The notes: a model not told the origin generated them from the sequence alone. Shown: positions 49,163 to 58,441, counted from the stretch's first letter. The stretch: DNA of 64,000 nucleotides from Parcubacteria group bacterium (GCA_943350175.1 CALQZX010000001.1:21818-85817); one strand, 5' to 3'. Made by a program: numbers and translations.

Positions 49163-50019
49163 CAGAAATTAATTTAGCCAACCTTATGTCGCCAGTTGCT
49201 CCAACGTGGTGCCCTGGTTGTGGCAATTTTAGTATCCTGACTGCCTTAAAACAGGCTTTGATTGAGCTCAAGCTAAACATGGAAGATGTGGTCATTGTTT
49301 TTGGAATTGGTTGTAGTGGAAATACTGCTGATTTCATCAAGTGTTATGGCTTGCATGGTCTGCACGGCCGAGGTATGGCTAATGCCATTGGAATTAAATT
49401 AGCCAATCACCGTCAAAAAGTAATTATGATTGGTGGCGATGGCGATGTTTATGGAGAGGGCCTCAATCATTTGGTGGCTGCTTGTAGAGGTAATCACGAT
49501 GTCACTGCCGTTGTTTTTAATAATCATCGTTATAGTTTAACCACTGGACAGTCTTCCCCAACTTCAAATAAGGGCACAATTAGCAAATCGACACCTCAGG
49601 GATTAATTGAAGATCCAATTGGAGTTTTAAGTATTGCCGTTAGTAATGGTGCTGGTTTTGTAGCCAGAGCTTACGCTGGTAAACTTAAGCAAATGGTTGA
49701 AATGATCAAGGCAGGCATTCTTTATGAAGGATTTTCTCTGATTGATGTGCAGCAGCCTTGTCCAACCTTTAATAAAGAACAAGATTACGCCTGGTATCAA
49801 CAAAATGTCTTTGACTTGCCAGTCGATTATGACCCCAGCAATCAAGGGCAAGCTTTAATGACACTTTTGGATAAAGACAAGCTTGGCCTGGGTATTTTAT
49901 ATCAAAACAATGCTCGCAAAGCATATCATGACGAAATTCCACAACTAAGTGAAAAGACTTTGATCGAGCAATTTCCAAAAGAAATCAATCTGAGCAAGGC
50001 AATCTCAGAGTTTATTTAG
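49159..50019 (+). CDS. korB: 2-oxoacid:acceptor oxidoreductase subunit beta (TPP-binding)
   Basis: WCPGCG, GIGCS, LHGR, GGDGD...NN, QPCPTFN. Confidence 0.93.
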   Translation: MTEINLANLMSPVAPTWCPGCGNFSILTALKQALIELKLNMEDVVIVFGIGCSGNTADFIKCYGLHGLHGRGMANAIGIKLANHRQKVIMIGGDGDVYGEGLNHLVAACRGNHDVTAVVFNNHRYSLTTGQSSPTSNKGTISKSTPQGLIEDPIGVLSIAVSNGAGFVARAYAGKLKQMVEMIKAGILYEGFSLIDVQQPCPTFNKEQDYAWYQQNVFDLPVDYDPSNQGQALMTLLDKDKLGLGILYQNNARKAYHDEIPQLSEKTLIEQFPKEINLSKAISEFI

Positions 50020-50047
50020 CCTCAAGCTTCTATTTAGCTCTAATCTT

Positions 50048-50740
50048 CTATTTAGCTTCGACTGTTATCGACTTGATGGAAACCGGATTAGCTGGTTTGG
50101 ACATTTCACCACTGAAACTGCTTGTGACCTTGGCGGTGGCGATTTTATCAACAACTTCAATGCCGGAAATAACTTTACCGAAAATAACGTAGTTTGGTTG
50201 TAAGCCATAGTCTTTATGCATGATAAAGAATTGACTCCCGTTGGTATTTGGACCGGCGTTGGCCATGGCGACTGTGCCACGAGAATACTCTCCTTGAAAT
50301 TCCTCATCATCAAATTGATAGCCAGGTCCGCCTGTGCCATCACCGCGAGGATCTCCGCCTTGAATCATAAAACCATCAATAGCTCTATGAAAGATAGTGT
50401 TGTCATAAAAGTTACTTTGAGCCAAGGAAATAAAGTTGTTGGCGGTGATTGGGGTTTCCTTGGTGTTCAAACTGATGATGATGTCGCCTTCACTGGTGTG
50501 TAAGGTGGCTTCATATTTTTTGTTTTGGTCGACGATCATTTCTGGTTTGTTCATTTTTTTGTTAGCTGACAGGGTGGCTGGCATGCTTTTATCCTCTTTG
50601 TTATTGTATTTGATATTAATGTTTTCTTGACCGATGGCTTCAAGGTTTTTATTGTTTTTGCTCATTTTTTTAATACTCAAGACGCTAACTAGTAAGAGAA
50701 AAATAACCAAAACAACCAATAAAATATTTTCTTTTGTCAT
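50048..50740 (-). CDS. Membrane-anchored cyclophilin-type peptidylprolyl isomerase
   Basis: FHRAIDGFMIQGGDP.G.GTGGPGY, AMANAGPNTNGSQFFI. Confidence 0.95.
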   Translation of the reverse strand: MTKENILLVVLVIFLLLVSVLSIKKMSKNNKNLEAIGQENINIKYNNKEDKSMPATLSANKKMNKPEMIVDQNKKYEATLHTSEGDIIISLNTKETPITANNFISLAQSNFYDNTIFHRAIDGFMIQGGDPRGDGTGGPGYQFDDEEFQGEYSRGTVAMANAGPNTNGSQFFIMHKDYGLQPNYVIFGKVISGIEVVDKIATAKVTSSFSGEMSKPANPVSIKSITVEAK

Positions 50741-50752
50741 AAATATTTTTAA

Positions 50753-51412
50753 TTAATTTTTTAGAATATATTCGAGAATATCAGTAAATTTGTCTGCATA
50801 AAAGTCCACGTCAATGTTGACATTGGTGAAGGCTTGTTTGCTGATTAATTCACTTTCAAGAACAGCTACGAAATAAAGATTGGCTCCCTTAGCAGCGAAA
50901 CCATCTTTGAGGGCATTGCCAACGTAGACTGTCTCGGCAGGGGTAACGTCAAATTCATAGAGAGCTTTGTTAAAAACTCTTGGATCTGGCTTGAGGTGCT
51001 CAGAGTTGTCTCTGTGATAAAAAGCATCGATTCTGGTGCCAAGTGGATGATCTAGAGATATCATTGGCTTGACCTCGACATATGATCTGGAAGTGACGAA
51101 AGCAAGTTTTTTGCCTGCTTTTTTAAGCTCATCTAAAACAGCAAGATTTCTCTCAGGAATTGTATCCATTCTGCCATCTTTAATGGCCTCTGGGAACATT
51201 TTATCGAAACGTCTCATGAATTCACCAGCATTGATGCCTGGAATTCTCTCTTTGATGGCTTCCTTGAGGTTTTGACCCCAAGTTATGCGGTGAATGCTTC
51301 TGTCCATTGGCTTAAGGCCCATGGAAACGGCAATTTCGTTTTCGAAATTGAAGCAAGACTCTTCTGAAAGGCAAATGGTATCGTCAAAATCTAGTAAAAC
51401 TAATTTGATCAT
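50753..51412 (-). CDS. HAD family hydrolase
   Basis: LDFDDTI, VTS, KPDP, VGNALKD. Confidence 0.85.
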   Translation of the reverse strand: MIKLVLLDFDDTICLSEESCFNFENEIAVSMGLKPMDRSIHRITWGQNLKEAIKERIPGINAGEFMRRFDKMFPEAIKDGRMDTIPERNLAVLDELKKAGKKLAFVTSRSYVEVKPMISLDHPLGTRIDAFYHRDNSEHLKPDPRVFNKALYEFDVTPAETVYVGNALKDGFAAKGANLYFVAVLESELISKQAFTNVNIDVDFYADKFTDILEYILKN

Positions 51413-51485
51413 GTTTATATTCTACCAAAAAATATGGAAAATGTTACGGAAAATTCTATTCACCAATAATAGCTTTGATCTTGGG

Positions 51486-52340
51486 TTAGATTTTCAGTTT
51501 TTCAGCAGCTATTCCAGCCGAGATAATTAGCACCCCACCCAGCATTTGGATTGGAGTAATCATGGCTTCACCCAAAAGAGAAACGGCCATAATAGAAACA
51601 AAAACTGGTGTGAATGAATAGACCATGGTGATGTAGGTGGCAGAGGCATTTTGATAAGCTTTAAATCTAGTAATTGTTCCAAGCAGATAGCTTAAAGTCA
51701 AAAGCATGATGAAAAAAAATGATTGTGGAATGACGATGGCTTGATTCATTAAGGCGATAATAATAATTGGAATGACTCCGATCAGAAAACTGCCGGAAGA
51801 ACTAAGACTGGTGCTCATTCTATTTGTAGCCATTTTGCCTAGAACGTTGTTGCCAAAAGCGACTAAGGCGGCTTCAGCTAAAGTAAAAAGATCTCCAGCT
51901 CCCAAAGAAATAGCTTGCCCCTTGGTAGTTAGCAAGTAAGCGCCGGCTAAAATTAGGGCTGCCAAAACAATCTTTTTTAAAGTTAATTTTTCACCCAAAA
52001 AAAGATAAGCAAAAACTATAGTAAAAAGAATCACGCTGCGCATCAAAAATGCATAATTTATCGCTGGACTGTATTTGATGGCAAAAGCTTCGAGGATGGT
52101 GGTGCCGACAGTACTGATGAGACCCATGCCCAGCAGAATGAGATAGTCTTTTTTGGTGGCTTGTTTAATTTCTGTTTTCCTTTTGGACAGAACAAAGATC
52201 CAATATGGAGTGGCTAGAATGGTTGTCCAAAAAGCAATGTTGTAAGCATTCTCCCCTGCTTTCAGTACAAATCTGGCGATAATAATGCTGATGGCCCAGA
52301 AAATAGAAGCTAAGAAAGTGAAGATGAAACCTTTACTCAT
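51486..52340 (-). CDS. DMT/EamA family transporter
   Basis: About 10 TM helices in two EamA repeats (FLGEK; LLGE..QMLGG). Confidence 0.9.
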   Translation of the reverse strand: MSKGFIFTFLASIFWAISIIIARFVLKAGENAYNIAFWTTILATPYWIFVLSKRKTEIKQATKKDYLILLGMGLISTVGTTILEAFAIKYSPAINYAFLMRSVILFTIVFAYLFLGEKLTLKKIVLAALILAGAYLLTTKGQAISLGAGDLFTLAEAALVAFGNNVLGKMATNRMSTSLSSSGSFLIGVIPIIIIALMNQAIVIPQSFFFIMLLTLSYLLGTITRFKAYQNASATYITMVYSFTPVFVSIMAVSLLGEAMITPIQMLGGVLIISAGIAAEKLKI

Positions 52341-52341
52341 A

Positions 52342-52659
52342 TTATTTCTTTGAATTTTTTATTTTTACGCCTTTTAAGCCAATGACGATCATTAATAATA
52401 AAGCTGTTTTTATTAAATAGTTACCTGGGCGGAGCAGCATTTCATTTAGGGCTGTTTGCTGTCCCACTAATAAATGTGTTAGCACTCCAATTGGCAGGGT
52501 TAGCCATAGCCACTGTGTTCTGCCAATATTTAAGCCAATTTTTCTTGTCATTTTTGACAAAAGTGGTGCGAGTAAATATATGCCGATGTAAGAAACAGCC
52601 AGATCAAAAATTGCTATTCCGCCAAATCTAAATTGTCTGAGATATGTGATCAAGTTCAT
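52342..52659 (-). CDS. Hypothetical small membrane protein
   Basis: Three hydrophobic segments; adjacent to the EamA gene on the same strand. Confidence 0.65.
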   Translation of the reverse strand: MNLITYLRQFRFGGIAIFDLAVSYIGIYLLAPLLSKMTRKIGLNIGRTQWLWLTLPIGVLTHLLVGQQTALNEMLLRPGNYLIKTALLLMIVIGLKGVKIKNSKK

Positions 52660-52793
52660 TTTTTAGGTGCTCTATTGTCTAGCAAGTGTATTCCAAATCC
52701 TTTAATAAAGATAAATCATATCAGAGCAAACAGAGCTTTGCTATCTGCTCATAGCCTATATGAAAACTTTTTTTCTTGCTAATATATATGCAT

Positions 52794-53927
52794 ATGGAAA
52801 ATGAAATAAATATTGAATCTCAGAATCAATCAGATAGCAGTAATTTAATAAATCATGACTTATCAGTAAATTTTTCAAAAAAGAGTCGGTCTTTAAATAC
52901 TGTCTTCTTTGCTGTTCTGCTAATTATTACTGGCGTGGCTGTATTTTTTGGGTACAAATATTATCAGCTGCTCAATCAAACAAAAACTCTTAAAGAATTT
53001 AAAGACGCAGCTTTGAAAGTGAATGAAGTAATCACTTCGACTTTGACCCCAGCTGTGACTTCTGTTTTAGATTCTAGCTCGATTGCAGATTGGGAGACAT
53101 ATGAAAATTCATCACTTGGTTTTAAGATAAAATATCCGCCATCGATTGAAGTAGAAAAAGAATTTGACGATGCGAATAATAGAGCAACTTCTTTTTCTGG
53201 AGAAAATCTTAAATTTGAAGTAATGCTGCGTTCAAAAAACAGTGGCATTTCTTTGGACAGCTACTTCTACATGGATTCTCCAGTGTCTAGAAAAATTAAT
53301 TTATTGGGAAAATCAGCCAGTGTCTATGAGTTGGCTGATGGATATTGCGATGGTCCTGGATGTAGTGAACCATCAATAACTGTGGTTACAGAAAACGACT
53401 TAGAATTGTTTCACATTAGTTTTTTTGGAGATGCGGAGCTATCAAAATTAGAACAACAAGTGTTGGGAACTTTTGAATTTATTGATAAAACAAGTATGAC
53501 TATTGATAAGCAACCAAATCCACCAGCTGGCTGGATTGCCCATAATTTTCCTCTTAAAAGTTTAATAATTTATACTCCAGCAAAGTGGCAATCTAGTGCT
53601 GAAAATTTTGCAGACATTCCATCGACTTTACTTCGTTTCTGGGAAGCTGGCGATGAGAAAAATTCCACCATACAACTGAACATTACAAATAACTGGGATA
53701 ATATGGGAATTGGATCAAATTACACCTATTTCACTGTTGCTGGTGACATTCAAGCTTATAGAATTGACCCTCCTAAAATGGAAGAAAAAACTCTAGATAG
53801 ATACCAGACCAACTTTTATTTTGAAAGAAAAGGGCAAGTCTATTCACTACTTTGCGTGCACAATTGGATGAAAGCAAATATTGAGACTTGTGAAAAGATG
53901 CTGCAAACAATGAAGTTCACTGATTAA
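52794..53927 (+). CDS. Membrane-anchored PsbP/Mog1-like two-domain protein (CPR-type)
   Basis: TM; WETYEN..GFKIKYP...VLGTFEF; second repeat W..IYTPAKW...MLQTMKF. Confidence 0.65.
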   Translation: MENEINIESQNQSDSSNLINHDLSVNFSKKSRSLNTVFFAVLLIITGVAVFFGYKYYQLLNQTKTLKEFKDAALKVNEVITSTLTPAVTSVLDSSSIADWETYENSSLGFKIKYPPSIEVEKEFDDANNRATSFSGENLKFEVMLRSKNSGISLDSYFYMDSPVSRKINLLGKSASVYELADGYCDGPGCSEPSITVVTENDLELFHISFFGDAELSKLEQQVLGTFEFIDKTSMTIDKQPNPPAGWIAHNFPLKSLIIYTPAKWQSSAENFADIPSTLLRFWEAGDEKNSTIQLNITNNWDNMGIGSNYTYFTVAGDIQAYRIDPPKMEEKTLDRYQTNFYFERKGQVYSLLCVHNWMKANIETCEKMLQTMKFTD

Positions 53928-53931
53928 AAGT

Positions 53932-53961
53932 GATGGCACAAGTGGACTATGTGAGAACTTT
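53932..53961. repeat. Repeat B copy 1 (degenerate tRNA-Gln 3'-end, att-like site)
   Basis: GATGGCACAAGTGGACTATGTGAGAACTTT; 29/30 identical to 54835-54864. Confidence 0.85.
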
Positions 53962-54006
53962 CTATCAAATATCTATAATTCAAAATGATGTTAAAATTAA
54001 TTGTGT

Positions 54007-54717
54007 ATGACTTCAGAATTACCAGGAAAAGAAAAAGAATTGCAGGGTTATAAATTGTCGGAGATTTTTGATATCTCAAAAATGGTCAGCTTTTATAATG
54101 AAAAAATATGGCCAATAATTTCATTTTCATATCTCAAAAAGATTAATTATTGGGTGCTTGGAAGAAAATTGCAAATAAAAGAAGGCGAAAAAATTTTAGA
54201 GGTTGGATCTGGTAGCGAAATAAATTACAGTGCTGTAGCTAAAAAGGTGGGAAAAGATGGTTTGTACGTTGCTCTCGATGTAGACGAAAAAGTTCAAGCA
54301 CGTGCAAAAAAATCATATTTATTTTTTCTTAAAGGAAACAAAGGTGAAGAAAAAGGAAAAGCAGAGCATGCGGTTGGAGATGGCGTAAATTCTTTGCCAT
54401 TTGCTGCCGACACTTTTGATAGCATTGTTGCGAGTAATTTTACTGGAATGAATAAAAATGAAAATATTTTTTCTACAAAAGGGTGGGATTTATTTTTGAA
54501 AGAAGCTTTGAGAGTGCTGAAACCAGGGGGAAAAATTGCTTCTTCTTATTTTGAGTTCCAAATTCCACTCGCATCTATTCTTTATTTTCATAAGTTCAAA
54601 AAAGCTGGATTTGAGAATGTTTCCCTTAGTCCAGGAAACCCATCTTTTATGTTAATAGGTATGCATTGGATAATTAGTGGTGTAAAACCAAACCAAGATT
54701 CAGGACAAGAATCATAA
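54007..54717 (+). CDS. Class I SAM-dependent methyltransferase (cassette cargo)
   Basis: ILEVGSGS, ALD, LPFAADTFD, RVLKPGG. Confidence 0.9.
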   Translation: MTSELPGKEKELQGYKLSEIFDISKMVSFYNEKIWPIISFSYLKKINYWVLGRKLQIKEGEKILEVGSGSEINYSAVAKKVGKDGLYVALDVDEKVQARAKKSYLFFLKGNKGEEKGKAEHAVGDGVNSLPFAADTFDSIVASNFTGMNKNENIFSTKGWDLFLKEALRVLKPGGKIASSYFEFQIPLASILYFHKFKKAGFENVSLSPGNPSFMLIGMHWIISGVKPNQDSGQES

Positions 54718-54775
54718 AAAATTAACTTAATGCATATTGAAGATAACATTTAATTTATCTAAAAATTCTTTGCCA

Positions 54776-54864
54776 GTTCGAATCCAACTGTGGGTAACGC
54801 TGTTATAGTGACGCTGTCTTGAGGAGAAAAAATGGATGGCACAAGTGGACTATGTCAGAACTTT
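54776..54864. repeat. Repeat A copy 1 fused to repeat B copy 2
   Basis: 54776-54838 is 60/63 identical to 55271-55333; 54835-54864 matches 53932-53961. Confidence 0.9.
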
Positions 54865-54876
54865 TTTTATGAATTC

Positions 54877-55236
54877 TTACTCTCGTTTAAATTTCTCATA
54901 AGCATTTTGTACAGATCTTCTATTTTGCTCATGAAAGTCTTTGAAAATATTAGATATTGGAACTCCACTGGTTAATCTTCTCATAAATGAATCAGCTATC
55001 TCTTGCAAATCTTCCAAATTTCCATCTATTGCTAAACTATCCTTAATTCTAGAAAAATCTGGTTTGCCATTATTGTTTTCAGTAAAAAAGACATGAAATC
55101 CAGTCCCTCCATGTGGAGTTGGGATAATGACTAAGTGAGTTTCATTATAAAACCCATGCGCTTGAGATCCCTTAAATTGAATTTCTCCATTTTTAATTTC
55201 TCCAGTATCCACAGCGCTTTCAGATGATTGAATCAT
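54877..55236 (-). CDS. Hypothetical protein (cassette cargo)
   Basis: 119-aa ORF filling the space between repeats B2 and A2; TATAAT shortly upstream. Confidence 0.6.
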   Translation of the reverse strand: MIQSSESAVDTGEIKNGEIQFKGSQAHGFYNETHLVIIPTPHGGTGFHVFFTENNNGKPDFSRIKDSLAIDGNLEDLQEIADSFMRRLTSGVPISNIFKDFHEQNRRSVQNAYEKFKRE

Positions 55237-55270
55237 ATTAAGTCTAAATTATATAAGAAAAAGGTATTTC

Positions 55271-55333
55271 GTTCTAATCCAACTGTGGGTACTGCTGTTA
55301 TAGTGACGCTGTCTTGAGGAGAAAAAATGGATG
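55271..55333. repeat. Repeat A copy 2 (tRNA-Gln 3' flank plus the last 6 nt of the tRNA)
   Basis: GTTCTAATCCAACTGTGGG...GAGGAGAAAAAATGGATG. Confidence 0.9.
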
Positions 55334-55401
55334 CCCGACGTGGATTCGAACCACGATTGAAGGCTTCAAAGGCCTCTGTCCTGCCATTAGACGATCGGGC
55401 A
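55328..55401 (-). tRNA. tRNA-Gln(TTG)
   Basis: TGCCCGA/TCGGGCA acceptor stem (U1-A72); GAGGC-CT-TTG-AA-GCCTT anticodon arm; GGTTCGAATCC T-arm; encoded CCA. Confidence 0.95.
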
Positions 55402-55424
55402 ATCTGTTAAGAGGGCTCTATTAT

Positions 55425-55508
55425 ATTTCGGACCCTGTCTTTTTGCAATGCAACGTATTGCAAAAAGACAGCAGGTACGAAAGATACCTTGCGTGAATTT
55501 CGGACCCT
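55425..55508. repeat. Palindromic element flanked by 12-bp direct repeats
   Basis: 17-bp stem CTGTCTTTTTGCAATGC/GTATTGCAAAAAGACAG (55435-55471); ATTTCGGACCCT at 55425-55436 and 55497-55508. Confidence 0.7.
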
Positions 55509-55519
55509 CCCTTTTTTTT

Positions 55520-56308
55520 TCAAAGGGCAGCAAGGACAAAATATTGATTTAGTCTATTTGACTTGCCATCAGCAAAAAAGCTATCAACTACTTTTAAACC
55601 ACTTCCTTTTGCGATTTCGATCATTTCTTCTTCATTGATTTGATGACAATAGCGAAATACTTGATTGGCTTTTTCGCCTTTTCGCCAATCCAGTAAAAAA
55701 TCATTTTTTTCTAAATTTATTGAGAGGAAAATCAACTTAATTTTTTGCCAAATATTTATTTTTGAATTTTTCAGAATTTTTTTTAAGTTTAAAATATTTT
55801 TTTCAAAGCGATCTTGCTCTTTAGCAAATTGCCAATTGCTTACTATTATCAAGCCTCCTTTACTCAAACTACTTTTCACACTTTCAAAAAGCGACCTTCT
55901 CAATTTAAAAGAAGCTAAATGATGAGTGAGTCCAAAAATCGTGATTAAGTTAAATTTTTCCTTAGTTTCTAAAATTATTTTTTGATTTTTCAAGTAATTA
56001 TCTACCAGATCAAAATATTTGAATTCTTGCTTCACATGCTTGTTTTTGGCAATTCTCAATAATTCTTTTGAATTATCTAAGCCCAAATAAGTGAAATCGC
56101 CGCATATATTTTTTTCTAGAAACTCAGAGAACCTACCGTTACCGCAAGCAATATCTAAAACATTTAAATTTTGTTTTTTTGGTGAAACTTCTAAGATCTT
56201 TTCCCATCCAGACCAAAAAAAGTTGCGACTGTCGCTAAAGTCTTCACTAATTTGTGCGTAGAAATCCTGATTAAGCTGATTAAAAGCTTTGATTAAATAA
56301 TTCTTCAT
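55520..56308 (-). CDS. Class I SAM methyltransferase, Trm9/ALKBH8-like
   Basis: FYAQISEDFSDSR..W, LDIACGNGR, GLDNS, HHL..R, VSNW, W..RYCH. Confidence 0.7.
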   Translation of the reverse strand: MKNYLIKAFNQLNQDFYAQISEDFSDSRNFFWSGWEKILEVSPKKQNLNVLDIACGNGRFSEFLEKNICGDFTYLGLDNSKELLRIAKNKHVKQEFKYFDLVDNYLKNQKIILETKEKFNLITIFGLTHHLASFKLRRSLFESVKSSLSKGGLIIVSNWQFAKEQDRFEKNILNLKKILKNSKINIWQKIKLIFLSINLEKNDFLLDWRKGEKANQVFRYCHQINEEEMIEIAKGSGLKVVDSFFADGKSNRLNQYFVLAAL

Positions 56309-56351
56309 CAGGGCTATTTTATGTCAGATCTGCGATATAATAAACACCTTG

Positions 56352-58163
56352 ATGCCAAACGACATGATTTCGCTACTGCTAGATTTGGAGAGTAACCTCG
56401 ATAAGCCAATCGAGGATATTTTGCGTTTGATTAAGAAATATCAAAAAGCTGACGGTTCGCATTGGAATTACGCGAGCATTATCGAGCAATATAAAAATCT
56501 GGCAGGCACGCAGGGTCTAAAAGAATTCAATCCAAAACTCGTTGAAAAAATTTTAATGAAACCGGTGCGCACTCTCTCAGGTGTTGCTCCGGTGACTGTT
56601 TTGACCAAACCTTATCCATGTCCAGGCAAATGTATTTTTTGTCCAAATGATTTGCGCATGCCAAAAAGTTATTTGGCAGATGAGCCAGGAGCGCAAAGAG
56701 CTGAGAAAAACTATTTCGATCCATATTTACAAACTACAAACCGTTTGGAAGCCCTCCACTCTATGGGGCATCAGGTGGATAAAGTAGAGTTAATCATTCT
56801 AGGTGGGACTTGGACTGCTTATCCTGAGTCATATCAAATCTGGTTTGTCAAAGAATGCTTTAGAGCGATGAATGATTTTCAAAGCAAAAATGACACAGAA
56901 AAAATTACCAAAAAATACCAAGATTTTCAAAAAAAATTCCAGGAAACTGAAAAAAAATGGCAGACCAATACTTTTTTAAATACCAATCCGCTGGAAAATA
57001 AAGAAAATTTTTCTAAGCTACAAATCAAAGGTGAAGATATTTCTGAAACCTACAATCAATTGGTGAAGAAATATTATTTAGAACCAGAAAATGCTTTGGG
57101 AGTGGTGCAATACCAAAAAGCAACTTGGACGGAGCTGGAAAAAGAACAAGTTAAAAACGAAACAGCCTTGCAGCGTTGTGTTGGATTGGTGATCGAGACT
57201 AGACCAGATGAAATTACCCCTGCAAGTGTCAAGAAAATCCGCCATTTAGGAGCAACTAAAGTTCAGTTGGGAATTCAATCTCTGGATGATGAGATTTTGC
57301 GTAAAAATAAAAGAGGCCACGATGTGAAGACGATCAGAACAGCTTTTTCTTTACTTAGACAAGCTGGTTTTAAATTGCACATTCATTTTATGGCCAATCT
57401 CTATGGCGGCAGTGTGGCCAAAGATAAAAGAGACTTTGCCAAACTTTTTAGAGATCGGGATTTTCGTCCAGATGAATTGAAAATTTATCCTTGCTCGCTA
57501 ATTGAAACAGCGGAATTAATGAGATATTACAAGAAAGGCTTATGGAAGCCGTATTCTCATGAAGAACTATTGGAAATTACTTCTTTTACCCTAACTCACA
57601 CTCCAGCCTATTGTCGCATCACCAGAATGATCCGCGATATTCCTTCTCAAGATATCGTGGTCGGCAATACTAAGAGTAATTTTAGACAAATTGCTGAGCA
57701 ACATGCCATAAAAACTAATCAAAAAATGCAGGATATTCGTTCAAGAGAAATTCGTTCATCTAACTTTGAGATAGATGGAGTGCAATTAAAGATTAAAAAT
57801 TACCAAACCAGTATTAGTAATGAAAAATTCTTGCAATTTGTTTATCAGGACAAGATTCTAGCCTTCTTGCGTTTGAGTTTGCCTCTGTCACCAACTAATG
57901 AAGTCAGCGATGAATTAAACGGAGCCGCCATGATCAGGGAAATTCATGTTTATGGCCGTAGTTTGGCAATTGGTCAAAAAGATCATGATGACAAGGCTCA
58001 ACATTTCGGTTTTGGCAAAAAATTGATTGCCAAAGCAGCCGCAATAAGCAAAAAAGCCGGCTTTTCTAAATTAGCGGTAATTTCAGCAATCGGAACGAAA
58101 GAATATTACAGAAAAAGAGGTTTTAGCGATGGCGAACTCTATCAGTTTCTCCATCTTAGTTAA
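56352..58163 (+). CDS. elp3: Elp3 radical SAM/GNAT tRNA U34 carboxymethyltransferase
   Basis: KPVRTLSGVAPV, CPGKCIFCP, PKSY..EPG, ETRPD, DELKIYP, IREIHVYG, QHFGFG, VISAIGTKEYY. Confidence 0.93.
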   Translation: MPNDMISLLLDLESNLDKPIEDILRLIKKYQKADGSHWNYASIIEQYKNLAGTQGLKEFNPKLVEKILMKPVRTLSGVAPVTVLTKPYPCPGKCIFCPNDLRMPKSYLADEPGAQRAEKNYFDPYLQTTNRLEALHSMGHQVDKVELIILGGTWTAYPESYQIWFVKECFRAMNDFQSKNDTEKITKKYQDFQKKFQETEKKWQTNTFLNTNPLENKENFSKLQIKGEDISETYNQLVKKYYLEPENALGVVQYQKATWTELEKEQVKNETALQRCVGLVIETRPDEITPASVKKIRHLGATKVQLGIQSLDDEILRKNKRGHDVKTIRTAFSLLRQAGFKLHIHFMANLYGGSVAKDKRDFAKLFRDRDFRPDELKIYPCSLIETAELMRYYKKGLWKPYSHEELLEITSFTLTHTPAYCRITRMIRDIPSQDIVVGNTKSNFRQIAEQHAIKTNQKMQDIRSREIRSSNFEIDGVQLKIKNYQTSISNEKFLQFVYQDKILAFLRLSLPLSPTNEVSDELNGAAMIREIHVYGRSLAIGQKDHDDKAQHFGFGKKLIAKAAAISKKAGFSKLAVISAIGTKEYYRKRGFSDGELYQFLHLS

Positions 58164-58441
58164 ATAAAATCAATTTTCAATTTTTTATCCATGGCTTCTG
58201 CCAACATCATGAGACTACCGATTGTGGCGTTTCTGGTGCCAGATTCAATTTTGGCGATAATGCTGCGATCAATATTTGCTTTCTTAGCAATTGCTTCTTG
58301 AGTTAAACCAAGTTCCTTGCGAGTTTTTTTGAATTCAGCAATTACCTCATAGTAATCATTGCTTTTTTTTGCAAGAGATTTCTGAGTTTGATCAAATTGC
58401 TCTCCCCACTCTTTTAGTGATAAGTCTTTATTTTTTTTCAT
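58160..58441 (-). CDS. HTH XRE-family antitoxin (HigA-like)
   Basis: RKELGLTQEAIAKKANIDRSIIAKIESG; lies downstream of and overlaps the toxin gene. Confidence 0.85.
   Translation of the reverse strand: MKKNKDLSLKEWGEQFDQTQKSLAKKSNDYYEVIAEFKKTRKELGLTQEAIAKKANIDRSIIAKIESGTRNATIGSLMMLAEAMDKKLKIDFI

Noticed and set aside
53932-55333. Repeats considered as a CRISPR array or classical integron attC sites
   Set aside because: Spacers are gene-sized, there are only two copies of each repeat, no cas or intI gene is present, and the long attC-type hairpin is missing.
55314-55496. 60-aa plus-strand ORF
   Set aside because: It overlaps tRNA-Gln in antisense and the adjacent palindrome.
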